NCBI RefSeq assembly: GCF_001194135.2 | Contig: NC_068984.1 | Coordinates: 66,962,870 to 67,017,644, forward strand | Source: Octopus bimaculoides | Lineage: Eukaryota | DNA length: 54,775 nt | Direction: 5' to 3' | Shown: piece by piece, positions 23,764-35,270 of the stretch | Layout of the letters: each line of letters begins with the position of its first letter | How positions within the stretch are numbered: position 1 is the first letter of the stretch | Translations under genes and position numbers: made by a program | The notes under the pieces: generated by a model | The model's database searches: none | What the model saw: the letters and a program-made list of their open reading frames with translations, nothing else | What the model was told of the DNA's origin: nothing

Positions 23764-23839
<76 letters not shown>

Positions 23840-23841
<2 letters not shown>

Positions 23842-24142
23842 CGGCACAATGGCCCAGTGGTTAGGGCAGTGGACTCACGGTTGGAGGATCGCGGTTTCGA
23901 TTCCCAGACCGGGCTTTGTGTGTATTTATTGAGCGAAAACGCCTAAAGCTCTGGCAGGGGGTGGTGGCGACTCTGTTGTACTCTTTCACCCCCAACTTTC
24001 TCTCACTCTTTCTTCCTGTTTCTTGAGTAATGCTGTGATGGACTGGCGTCCCGTCCAGCTGGGGGGAACACATACGCTATAGAAACCGGGAAACCGGGCC
24101 CATGAGCCTGGGTAGGCTTTAAAAGGGTGCATAAAAAAAAAA
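23840..24142 (+). mobile_element. GC/CpG-rich tRNA-derived SINE 'V' with a poly(A)-like end, inserted next to a (TG)n tract
   Basis: A-box TGGCCCAGTGG (23850-23860), B-box GGTTTCGATTCCC (23893-23905). The segment 'gtgatggactggcgtcccgtccag...agaaaccggg' resembles conserved V/Deu/Nin-type SINE domains (from recall). Confidence 0.85.
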
Positions 24143-24186
24143 TACATATATATATATGTAAGTATGTATATAATGATGATGATGAA

Positions 24187-24585
24187 CATCATCATTGTTT
24201 AAGGTCCACCTTCCATACTGGCAGAGGTTAGATGGTTTGACAGGAACTGGCCAGGTAGAAGACTGTACCAGACTTCTGTATCTGTTTTGGCACAATTTTT
24301 ATGGCTGGATGCCCTTCTTAACACCAACCACCTCGTGGAGTGGATTGAGTGTTTTATACATGGCACCAGCACTGATGAGGTCAGTTTTTATGGCTGGATG
24401 CCCTTCCAAATGCCAATCCCTTTACAATGTGGACTGAATGCTTTTTACGTGGCACCAGCAATAGCAGGGTCACCAAGTAATTTGCAAGACAAAGATTCAT
24501 TGAAAGGGGAAGAGGCATTGGAGGAGGTGATCTTGTGCTAGATGATGAAGAGAAAGAGAGTGACAATGAGACAAAAACAGGTGGC
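24187..24585 (-). mobile_element. RTE-tailed non-autonomous element with duplicated ~80-bp unit
   Basis: 'ttttatggctggatgcccttc' occurs at ~24297 and ~24386; collinear with 12708-13140. Confidence 0.75.
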
Positions 24586-25429
24586 AAAATCGTTAGAATG
24601 GTGAAAAAAATGTTCTTTGCGTCCTGAGTTCAAATTCTAATATATATAATGATAATTGTGTGTGTGTGTGTGTGTGTGAATATATTATAGGTAAAGATAA
24701 ATATTTATATGCATGTCTGCACACACGCACACACACACACACACATTTACATATATATTTCTATGTATTTTCATAAAACCCAAGTATCTAACTTTGATTT
24801 GTTTTGAGATTGTGTGTGTATGTTTGTGTGTGTGTATGTGTGTGTGTGTGTGAGTGTACACATGTGCGTATATTATATACATTGCTCAAAGGAGAAAATG
24901 AGACAAGTAAATTGAAAAAAGGAAAAATAAAATCATATAAAGAACATCAAACAATAGAGAAATGTAAACCAAAAAGAAATGTATTAAAAGATATTTATAT
25001 ATAAATGTTTATTTATGTGTTTGTCTTAGATATATAGACACACTTCAATAAATTTCTCGCAGGCATTAACCTTTAAAATTACTGTTAGAAAAGGCAGTAA
25101 TGTTTACTATATACACACATGTATATGGTTTTGTGTATTTATAAACATACACATATACATACAAACACACAAATACATACATATACATATCATACACGCA
25201 TATACATATATATATATATATGTCATACACACATATACATATATATCATATATACACAGGTACATGTAGATATCTCATATATACATATGTATATATTATA
25301 TATACACATACATATATACATATCATAAATACACCTATGCATATGTATATATATATATATATATATATCATACACACACACACACACACACACACACATA
25401 CGTATATATTATATCGTACATATATATAC

Positions 25430-25510
<81 letters not shown>

Positions 25511-25549
25511 GATGCATATATACATCGTACATGCATATATATATATAGA

Positions 25550-26801
25550 GAGGTTGAGTAAGGTATTTGAGGACATATTTTTTTAGGGTTTTTGCTGCAT
25601 TTTTTGCTAACTCTGTATAATTGTTGTATCAGAAAATAATAATGGCAGACCCTCACCTTACTCAAGAAGTGAAGAGGCATGCTGTTATTGGGGTTATAAA
25701 GGCTGAGCATAGCGATTTAAAAATATCTTGATGTTTAGAAGTTGCCAGATCTTTCGTCTACAAAGTTTGTAAAGAGTCAGAGACTGAAGATGGAAACGTA
25801 TCACCAGTATCAAAGCATAAAAAGCATTCTAAATGCTCTGAAATCATCAGAACAGTTGAATTTATCCAGCAAGTTCAACAGACCATTGATTAAAATCCCA
25901 GAAAGCTCATGAGGTCAATTGCAAATGATCTCCATGTGTCAGAAGGAACAGTCAGAGATGTTGTCAACGAAGATATCAGATATAAGTCTGATATGATGAG
26001 AAAGGTCAATTTTCAGAAAAAGCAAAAGAAAATCACTACATCAGATCTAAAAGGTTCTTAAACAAGCTGAAAAATCCAGCAGAAGATTTTATTTGGTTTT
26101 TCTCAAACGAGAAAAACTTCAACCAAGATCAAAAAGTTAACTGAAGAAATGACAGATGGTTATGTACTGACCCTTCTGAAGTTCCAAGTGTTATGCATAC
26201 AAAATTTCCTGCAACTATCATGGTTTTAGGGGTTGTCAGCAATGAAGGGCATGTAATGCCTCCTTACTTTTTTCTACAGGACCTTAGAATTAACTCTGCT
26301 ACCTACATTGAGGTCCTGGAAACAGTTGTTAAGCCCTGGATAGATAGTGTATGCAATGGAAGGCCATATGTGTTTCAGTAAGACTCTTCACTATCATACA
26401 TAGCTCTAGTAACACAGGAATAAATGGCTGAAAATTTTTATGATTACATGACCTCTAACATTTGGCCTTCTAATTCACCAGATCTCAATCTATTGGACTA
26501 TTACATGTGAAGCATTGTTGAGAGAGAGGTCAATGAAGATGCCCATAACACCAAAGATTCATTGAATCAGAGTAATGTCCAAAATGAACCAGGACCGCTT
26601 GATACGAGCATGTAGATGATTTAGATGTTGTATAGAAGCAGTTGTTGAAACTGAAGCTGGCTTTATTGAATAACATTATAGAAAAGGTTTATTTTTATCC
26701 TCATAACATGTTTTGATAAATAAAGTTATTATCTGTTATTATATATCTGTTTTTTTTTATATATAAACATAACTCTGTCCTCAAATACCTTACACACCCT
26801 G
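25550..26801 (+). mobile_element. Near full-length DD37D (maT) transposon, 1252 bp
   Basis: TIRs GAGGTTGAGTAAGGTATTTGAGGACA and (reverse complement) CAGGGTGTGTAAGGTATTTGAGGACA. TA runs lie on both sides. Confidence 0.93.
25642..26673 (+). pseudogene. Inactivated DD37D transposase
   Basis: [15 protein letters not shown]...FFSNEKNF (first D mutated to N)...MHTKFPATIMVLGVVS...YVFQ*DS-(37 aa)-WPSNSPDLNLLDYY...IEAVVETEAGFIE*. Several stops and frameshifts. Confidence 0.92.
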
Positions 26802-26810
26802 TATATATAT

Positions 26811-28296
26811 ACATTGCTAGGTCTCGGCCAGTGTTTTGCCCAGGCCATGTCTAATTTAATAGCACCACCTGGCGAAGTCATTCAAATCAGAAATCAGACA
26901 ACATGACCCACCCGAGGAGAGGTATTGTTTACATATCTGGATGTAGGAAGTTTATCTGGGATTTTTTGAAGAAATTTGTCCAAAGACTCTTTCAACTTTA
27001 TGGGGTCTGTTTCTGCTTTAATGCGTTTTGGTGTAATGTTAAAGAAAGCAGGGTCAATTGTGATCCAAGTATGATTTATGTTGTGGGCAGATAGCATGGG
27101 GTCCAACTTTTGGGTGTATATTTAAAGTAATGCCAACATCATTTGGACAAGGCTGATTTTCTGCATATGATGTAGCGCTCACAGTGGCATTGGTGAGAAT
27201 AAAGCTTGAGCTTTTCTAGTTGACCCCAGTAGTCAAGGCCTGTCATGCCATCTTTTTTGTAATTGACCTTTGAGGTGCTTCAATTTTCATGATGCTTTGT
27301 TTCATGTGGGGAGACCACAGTGGACAACACAATTCAAGGTGGGGGTCGGGCAAGAGTAGAGAAGAGAAGGATAATGATGTGGATGTCTCTTAACTGGAAA
27401 GTTCTGAAAATCTAGGAACACCTTCTGCAGGCCATATCAACTTTGCTGTTTATATGAGCAGCCCAGCTTATGTTGCTCACAATTACTCCCAAGTCTCTGA
27501 TGTTGGATGCCATGAGAGTTTCACTTGAAGGAAGGGAGTTTGAGAGTTTCAGGGTATCCCCTTTTCTGAAGTGGATTAACTCAAATTTGTCCTCCTTCAG
27601 CAGCATATTATTCTTTTCCACCCATTGGATGACAGCTAGTAGATCTGACTGAAGGCATGCTCAGTCACCTACTTCATTGATGACCTTCTGGATCTTGGAA
27701 TCATCTGCAAAGATTCTTATGTTACTGTACTTGATGATGTCAGTAATGTCATTGATGTAGACGATGAAAAGAAGTGGGCCCAACACAGTGCCTTGTGGAA
27801 CACTGCTACTGACTTTGGCTGGGCTTGATTTTGCTCCTTCGACAATGACATGTTGGGATCTGCCTGTCAGGTAACATTTGATCCATTGTAGTAACTTTCC
27901 ACAGACACCAATGTTGGATAGTTTTTTCAAGAGGATCATATGATCCACCCTGTCAAAAGCCTTGCTGAAATCAATGTAGATGACATAAGTATTCCAGCCC
28001 TCTCCCAAAGCTCTCAAAATGTCATCAAGGTGATGCAGGAACTGCATTAAGCAGTTCATTCCATTACAGAACCAATGTTGGTTGGAGTTCAACAGTCTGT
28101 TGCTTTCAAGAAAGTGGGTTATCCATGATCTCACCAGCCTCTCAAATACCTTGATGATATGAGAGGTGATACGATATTCCCTAAGAACTTTCTGTCCTAG
28201 TCTGTTGTCCCAGTTTTCAAAAAGGGAAACAAGTCCCTTGCAGTGAACTACCAGCCGATCTCACTCACCTCTCATATCATCAAAGCATTTGAGAGG
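26811..28296 (-). mobile_element. 5'-truncated CR1-clade LINE (RT to 3' end) with an inverted 5' segment (28170-28296)
   Basis: ORF 27661-28134 contains IDFSKAFDRVDH, VPQGTVLGPLLFIVYIND and IFADDSK, and the C-terminus reads LDKFLQKIPD. A plus-strand piece encodes the immediately upstream VVPVFKKGNKSLAVNYQPISLTSHIIKAFER. Confidence 0.92.
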
Positions 28297-30520
28297 TATT
28301 TCAGGATCTCATCAGACCCTGGAAGGTAGAGTGAAGGGTTTGAAAGGAATTCAAAGTGGTTTCCAGGTGTTCAAGATTGTAGTGATCATCCCAGATTATT
28401 TATATTATTAAAACAACACCAATTACTTTCTTTATTTTTAAGTCCACATGTTTTGGAAAAGGAATTGGCGCAACAATGACAGCACTATAATAATGGAAAA
28501 CAATGGTATTGTATGTTCAGCAAAATCAGTTCCTTGTATTGGTTACCTCATATTGTGGGATAAAATGTTGGCAGGAACCAGTAGCTTAGTCATTGTTCTG
28601 TGGTGTTTGAACACATTAGTAGAAGCAGTATTTTTTAGGGATAACCATTTTGATGATACTGGGTTACAGTTGAAGTTTCAAGACCAACATGAGTGGGCGA
28701 TAGTCATTATGAGTAGCAGCTATTAAATACCCTGGCCTTGTGGGTCTGTCAGCTAAAGAGGTATGTCTGGGTTGCTGACCAGAGGCTTGAGATTCATTAA
28801 TAGTGTGTATTTCTGATGGCATCAAGAAAATGCCATTAGTGATGCATATAATGAATGGATACTACAGGTTGGTGGAGTATGTATAATTTCTCATTGGAGA
28901 GAGTTGGCAATTGAGAGCTTCACATGAGTTCCACATGTAAAAAGTGTTCCATTTGATGTTGGAAAGTCATTTTGATAGTCATAATGTCTGCAGATGAAGT
29001 ATAACAGAAAGTGAAGTTTTCCCTGTCCCTGCACTTAAAAGAGTGCATGTGCTGTGTGTACATTTTCTTAAAGTTATCAACTGTCATGCCTGTGTAGTGC
29101 CTTGTGATGACATCAGGCAGTGTAAGGTGAGATCTATAGACTACAGTCTTTGAGAGGCAAGATTCTCTCAGGTGGCAGTTGGTAGGATTTTCATAGTTAT
29201 AAGTTGGAGTGTGGGTTGGTGATTGCGTCGGTGTGTGCAATGCTTGAAGTGATGTTATCTAAAATGAGCAGCTGACCATGACATTATGAAGATTGAAGCA
29301 TTTATATAATCTCTGGGTTCTTGGGAAATGCTTTCTAATTAGTATTAAGAAGCTCCAAGCAATGTTATTGGAAATTCCCAAGTTGCATTGAGGATTCAAC
29401 TAGACTATTTTTCTCTTTCTGACTCTCTTTGAGTTCAGAAGTGGGGGATGGAGTCCTCCATATATAGCATAATATAATAACTTACTGATAAAGTTAGTGT
29501 TTAATACTGCCTATATTTAGATTAAATGAATGTGGTTATTAAGCTTTCACTTTTATATTATACTGTATAAAACGGTAGGGAATATTTTTTGTATGACTTA
29601 ACGGTTTGGTCATTATTTAGTTATGTATTTAGGAGTTGGTTATAGATTTACTTATTGAATTTATTTACTGTTAATGTTGTACATAAGGTAAATGTGTTTG
29701 AAAGTTCTGGTTTCTTTGGAATGTTTGTACCAATACAACAATTATTTTAGTACTGTTGGTACTGCCCAGGTGTCAAAACCATAATGATATCTGTGGGGCA
29801 GCTGATGATGGAGGTATGTTGGATTGTTAGTATGGCTGTTTTTGTATATGTGGAATAGTATTATAGAACATCTTTTTGATAAATCCACTGCTTTCTAATA
29901 CCTCATTATAGTGAGGTTTGATCCTGTCATAGATTCTTCTACCAATGCTTGTGACTAGGTTTCTAATTACAACTGAGTTGGTGGTGGTTGCAGTGTCTAT
30001 GAGTGTAAACAGTCACCTTATAGGGCTTTCTGTAGGAGCTGTACTTGCTTTTCTTAGGTCTCAGAAGATATAAAGTCAACCTTCAGGTTGGCAATAGCAA
30101 TATAATAGTTAGATTGAAATCACTGAAGATTACATATCAGATTCTTCCTGAACATGGCCATTCATTTAGCTTGAGATTGTCTGACCATCATGCCTGTACC
30201 CTGAGGGTGTGTACATTCCTTAAAGTATCCAAGACGGCCTGATGAAATTAGCTACCTCAGCCCTGTTATAGCTTCCCATAGATATGCCAGACAGCAGTAG
30301 AAATCATCATAAATTAAGATTGACTTTCTTGTGTCAGTTACATTCTGGGAAAGAGGACATCTATGGGGAACTAATGAGAAATTTACAGCTTCTATATCCA
30401 GGCTATAATTTTCATTTGTATCTATTATCATAGGAGCGTTGGTTGCATAACAACAAATTTGCATATAAAAGTCCTGAAATGCTGTGGGTCTTCCAAAGTA
30501 GAACAAAGTGAAAATTGATT
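28297..30520 (-). mobile_element. Decayed Penelope-like retroelement (Neptune-type RT + GIY-YIG endonuclease)
   Basis: In order on the minus strand: SLDIEA; MGSYNRAEVANF; GYRHDG (YRDD motif); ANLKVDF; KYSSYRKP..VYTHRHCNH; KPHYNEVLESSGF; RKHFPRTQRLYKCFN; CHLRESCLSKTVVY...HYTGMT..FKKMYTQHMHSFK; EKLYIL. All match the PLE ORF layout. Confidence 0.85.
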
Positions 30521-30908
30521 CATATTCTCTGAATACAATTGATTAGTGGTACAGTGAAAATCTGTAATGCATCACAGATATTCTCCATTTGAGGCTCCTG
30601 TGCTGCATATAAACATACAATCAGAAACATATTTGGAATTTACACACACACATGTGCACGCACAAACAAGTTTAGATTACCTTAAACCCTAATAGGTGGC
30701 TTGACTTAAACTAAAGATTTTTGTCATTTTGTTAGTGGCAGTCTTGAACTCTGCAGAAGAAAACTCTTGAATAAATGTATCCATGAATTCATCTTCTTCA
30801 CCCATTATTCCTGGGGTGGGGGTCGGCTGAGTGGTAGAGCTCTTAAGTACCTCTTCCATGAGGTTGTATGTTCAATAAATCAAGTAGAAAGACAAACACA
30901 CAAACATA

Positions 30909-30951
<43 letters not shown>

Positions 30952-32877
30952 ATGTGTGTATCAGTGTTTATTGCTATGTATACATGTGCATGCTTGTATG
31001 CATTCATGTGTGTATACATACATACATACATACATATACATACATATACATATATATATATATGAATGCATATGTATATTTGTACGTGCATATATACTCA
31101 TGAAGGCTTGCATGTCTCCATTGCTATAACAACAATACTACTACTACTACTACTACTACTAACAATAGCACACTCACTTTGACAGTATCAGACAGGGAAA
31201 ACCTCAGTAGCACAACCACTCTTCACTAAGAAACTGCATATCAATATATATTGGCAATATTGCTGTTACTTTGCATTTTTCTATCTTTTTCTTTTTTGTT
31301 TGTTTCTTTGTTGTACCATTTGAGCAAAGAGATTTCATTTCGTATCACCAGACATCACATAGTCAGTAGTGTACCGTTCCTTCCTTCCTTCCTTCCTCCC
31401 TTCCTTCCCTCTGCCTGTCTCTCCTGTTTGGTGTACACATGCACCTGTAGTAATCTTGCTGTGTATCTCATCATACAAATAGATGAGAAGAATAAAAGAA
31501 AAAAACAAAAACAAACAAAAAAACTCATAAATCCAGTCAGGCGCAATAATCAGCCTTATCCACCCAACCACACACACATACATACACATACATGCACAAA
31601 CACAAACACACATACTCACTCACTTGCAAATGCATGCACTCACGCAAACACATTTCCATCGAACTTCCAAAGAGCTGTTTGATCATCAGTTGTTTTAATA
31701 TTATTTGTTTTTGGTGGGTGGTGGATGGGGGTANNNNNNNNNNNNNNNNNNNNNNNNNNNNNNNNNNNNNNNNNNNNNNNNNNNNNNNNNNNNNNNNNNN
31801 NNNNNNNNNNNNNNNNNNNNNNNNNNNNNNNNNNNNNNNNNNNNNNNNNNNNNNNNNNNNNNNNNNNNNNNNNNNNNNNNNNNNNNNNNNNNNNNNNNNN
31901 NNNNNNNNNNNNNNNNNNNNNNNNNNNNNNNNNNNNNNNNNNNNNNNNNNNNNNNNNNNNNNNNNNNNNNNNNNNNNNNNNNNNNNNNNNNNNNNNNNNN
32001 NNNNNNNNNNNNNNNNNNNNNNNNNNNNNNNNNNNNNNNNNNNNNNNNNNNNNNNNNNNNNNNNNNNNNNNNNNNNNNNNNNNNNNNNNNNNNNNNNNNN
32101 NNNNNNNNNNNNNNNNNNNNNNNNNNNNNNNNNNNNNNNNNNNNNNNNNNNNNNNNNNNNNNNNNNNNNNNNNNNNNNNNNNNNNNNNNNNNNNNNNNNN
32201 NNNNNNNNNNNNNNNNNNNNNNNNNNNNNNNNNNNNNNNNNNNNNNNNNNNNNNNNNNNNNNNNNNNNNNNNNNNNNNNNNNNNNNNNNNNNNNNNNNNN
32301 NNNNNNNNNNNNNNNNNNNNNNNNNNNNNNNNNNNNNNNNNNNNNNNNNNNNNNNNNNNNNNNNNNNNNNNNNNNNNNNNNNNNNNNNNNNNNNNNNNNN
32401 NNNNNNNNNNNNNNNNNNNNNNNNNNNNNNNNNNNNNNNNNNNNNNNNNNNNNNNNNNNNNNNNNNNNNNNNNNNNNNNNNNNNNNNNNNNNNNNNNNNN
32501 NNNNNNNNNNNNNNNNNNNNNNNNNNNNNNNNNNNNNNNNNNNNNNNNNNNNNNNNNNNNNNNNNNNNNNNNNNNNNNNNNNNNNNNNNNNNNNNNNNNN
32601 NNNNNNNNNNNNNNNNNNNNNNNNNNNNNNNNNNNNNNNNNNNNNNNNNNNNNNNNNNNNNNNNNNNNNNNNNNNNNNNNNNNNNNNNNNNNNNNNNATA
32701 TATATATATATACATCTCTTCATACATACCTACATGCAAACATATATACATATATCAGAATACATGCATAAAACATCACATACAAATCTGCCATGCAATG
32801 GCATTGAACATAGAACCATGTGGTCAACTTCCTACCACATAAACACACCTGCACCTATATTTATACGTATATCGTCC

Positions 32878-33120
32878 TCATCATCATCATCATCATTTAA
32901 TGCTGGTATGGGTTGGAAGGTTTGACAGGACCCAATAGGACCAAGGGCTGCACCATGCTCCAGTATCTGCTTTGACACCAATGCCCTATCTAACGCTACT
33001 ACTACTACTACTACTACTACCATGAACCTTGAGGCTGATGATAGTGGGTGCAATTTTATGTTAGAAGATGAGCAGCTAAAGTATGAAAGAAAGAGGCAGA
33101 GTAGGTTTCTTGTTGCTGAG
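32878..33120 (-). mobile_element. Short, internally deleted copy of the RTE-tailed element
   Basis: (CAT)n, then gctggtatgggttggaaggtttgacagg...ctgcaccatgctccagt, then a right end similar to 13060-13130. Confidence 0.6.
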
Positions 33121-34355
33121 TAACATGTGTGTGTGTTATATGCAAGTGGATATGTAACAGTATATTGCTGTAGTTGTATTTGCTTCATGTTCCCATCTCC
33201 ATTTTCTCTACTCCTTTGCTTCTGTCCTCAGGCCATCACCTCCATTCATATCACACAATATTTTAACATGTAATTGTCACTATAAGCCTATATATGGTTG
33301 TTTCTTGCATTATGGATATCTACCTTGATATTCAGTAATTTGTTTATGGTGAGCTGCCAATTAACGCCACCAGTCATTGTATAATGACAGAAATATCATA
33401 AGAAAGACAATTTCTCTTATCATCTCACAGCGCACTGTCTGGTTTCTGTTGACTTAAGGGGAGATAACCACTCCAAAATCCTTGCATCTCACAGTTTGGG
33501 CTAGATGGTGCTGTAAGCTGATTTTAAGTGTATTTACTCTGTCTACAGTGAGAAATTTTCTCCATGACAAAACACAGTGAATGGCTTTCTTACTGGTTCA
33601 AATACACCCCAAGCATATTTAAACTGAAAATAACTTTTAATCTACCTAAACGTTTCTCTTCTAATGCACAATACTTTAACCTGTCACTTTAATCCCATTT
33701 CGATTCGTATTTGCACAAGAAATAAGTTTATCTGTTTTACTGTACAGTTATTTGATCCTTTTTTGTTTCCCTAACATTTTTGACTTGTCACATTCTTACA
33801 CATTTCTTTTACATAGCAAACCTTTTCTTCAGCAAATAAATATGCCCACTTCATTTTAAAACTGACTTCTCAATTGGAGATGAAAGGCTAAAGCCAATAA
33901 ACTTTACAAATCTTCAGAAATTTATGTTAATTGATTTTTCTTGATGCAAAACAATCACTAGTTTCATTGGATTCCAAACTCCCCCTATTTCGATAGAATG
34001 CTAATGAAGAGGCATGTTAAGTGATATTTATTGTCAAATTGGAATCTTTTATATAGAATCCATAGCATAGATAATTTTTATTCTGTGAAAATTCATTTTA
34101 ACAGTACGCAAATTATATAGGCGTGTTTGTGTGTGTGCATGTATGTGTGTGCATGTATGTGTGCATGTATGTATGCATGTATATGTACATACGTATGTAT
34201 GTATGTATGCACATATGTACACGTATATGTATGCACATATGTACGTACATATGTATGTATTTTTGTATGTATGTATGTATTTTACAAATGTATGAATGTT
34301 CGTACATATGTACGTACATACCTATGTACATACATATGTATGTATGATTCACACA

Positions 34356-35270
34356 TGGTAATGTGTGAATAATATTCTTAAGGTCAACATTTACTCACTT
34401 GTGACCACTTCTAGGCTTTGTCACTAACTCAGTTTTTAACCAAATTAGGTAATGTTTACATTTTTAGATTGGGCACATCATAAACTACATTTTCAGTTAC
34501 AAAATTTTAAAATTTGAATTCGACTTTTCTGATAGATCTCCACAAGAGGAATCTGATGATGCTGATTATATCAAAAGAAAATTTAAAATAAAAAACTACT
34601 GGGATCAAATGTGCCGTAAAACAGTGGTAATGCCTAAAATCAAATTCAAAATGTAAAACTGTTTTTCTATCTCATATGATAGAACTCATCAGAACAAGTG
34701 TCATGGTGCTAACCTTTTCAAAAAACACAGTAGTGTGTGAATAATACTCTTAATGTCAACATTTACTCACTCACAACCAGTACTAGGCTTTGTCACTAAC
34801 TCAGTTTTTAACCAAGTTAGATAATGTTTACATATTTAAATTAACCACATCATAAGCTACATTTTGAGCTAAAAAATTTGAAAATTGTTTCTGTAGGAAA
34901 ATAGTTTGAGTCAAATATATGAGGTCGCAAACAGGAGAATAATGCCTGAAGCCTAAATATATTTTTAGAAAAATAAATCTATATTTTACTAAAGTTTATA
35001 TGATAGACCTCGATGACAGGAATCTATCCATGTTAGTTATATGGAAACATACTCAGTAGAAATAAAAATACTGAGGTAACAAAGGAGAATAATGCCTGAA
35101 ACTGACAGACTCCAAATATTATTCTTATTTAGAAAACTATATTTAAATTTAACTTTTCTGATAGATCTTAAGTACAGGAATCCCATGATGCTAATTATAT
35201 ACATATAAAAAACTACTGGGTATAAATGTGCCGAAAACAGTGGTAATGCTTAAAAGCATTCAAAGGTGTG
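34356..35270 (+). repeat. Unclassified tandemly duplicated module with internal subrepeats
   Basis: A ~155-bp direct repeat starts at 34362 and 34734 (period 372). GATAG-N13-GAATC motifs lie at 34531, 35002 and 35160, with a degenerate one at 34678. Confidence 0.8.

Noticed and set aside
20772-23905. tRNA-like sequences with A and B boxes
   Set aside because: They lack complete cloverleaf and acceptor stems and continue into repeated SINE bodies. They are SINE heads, not tRNA genes.
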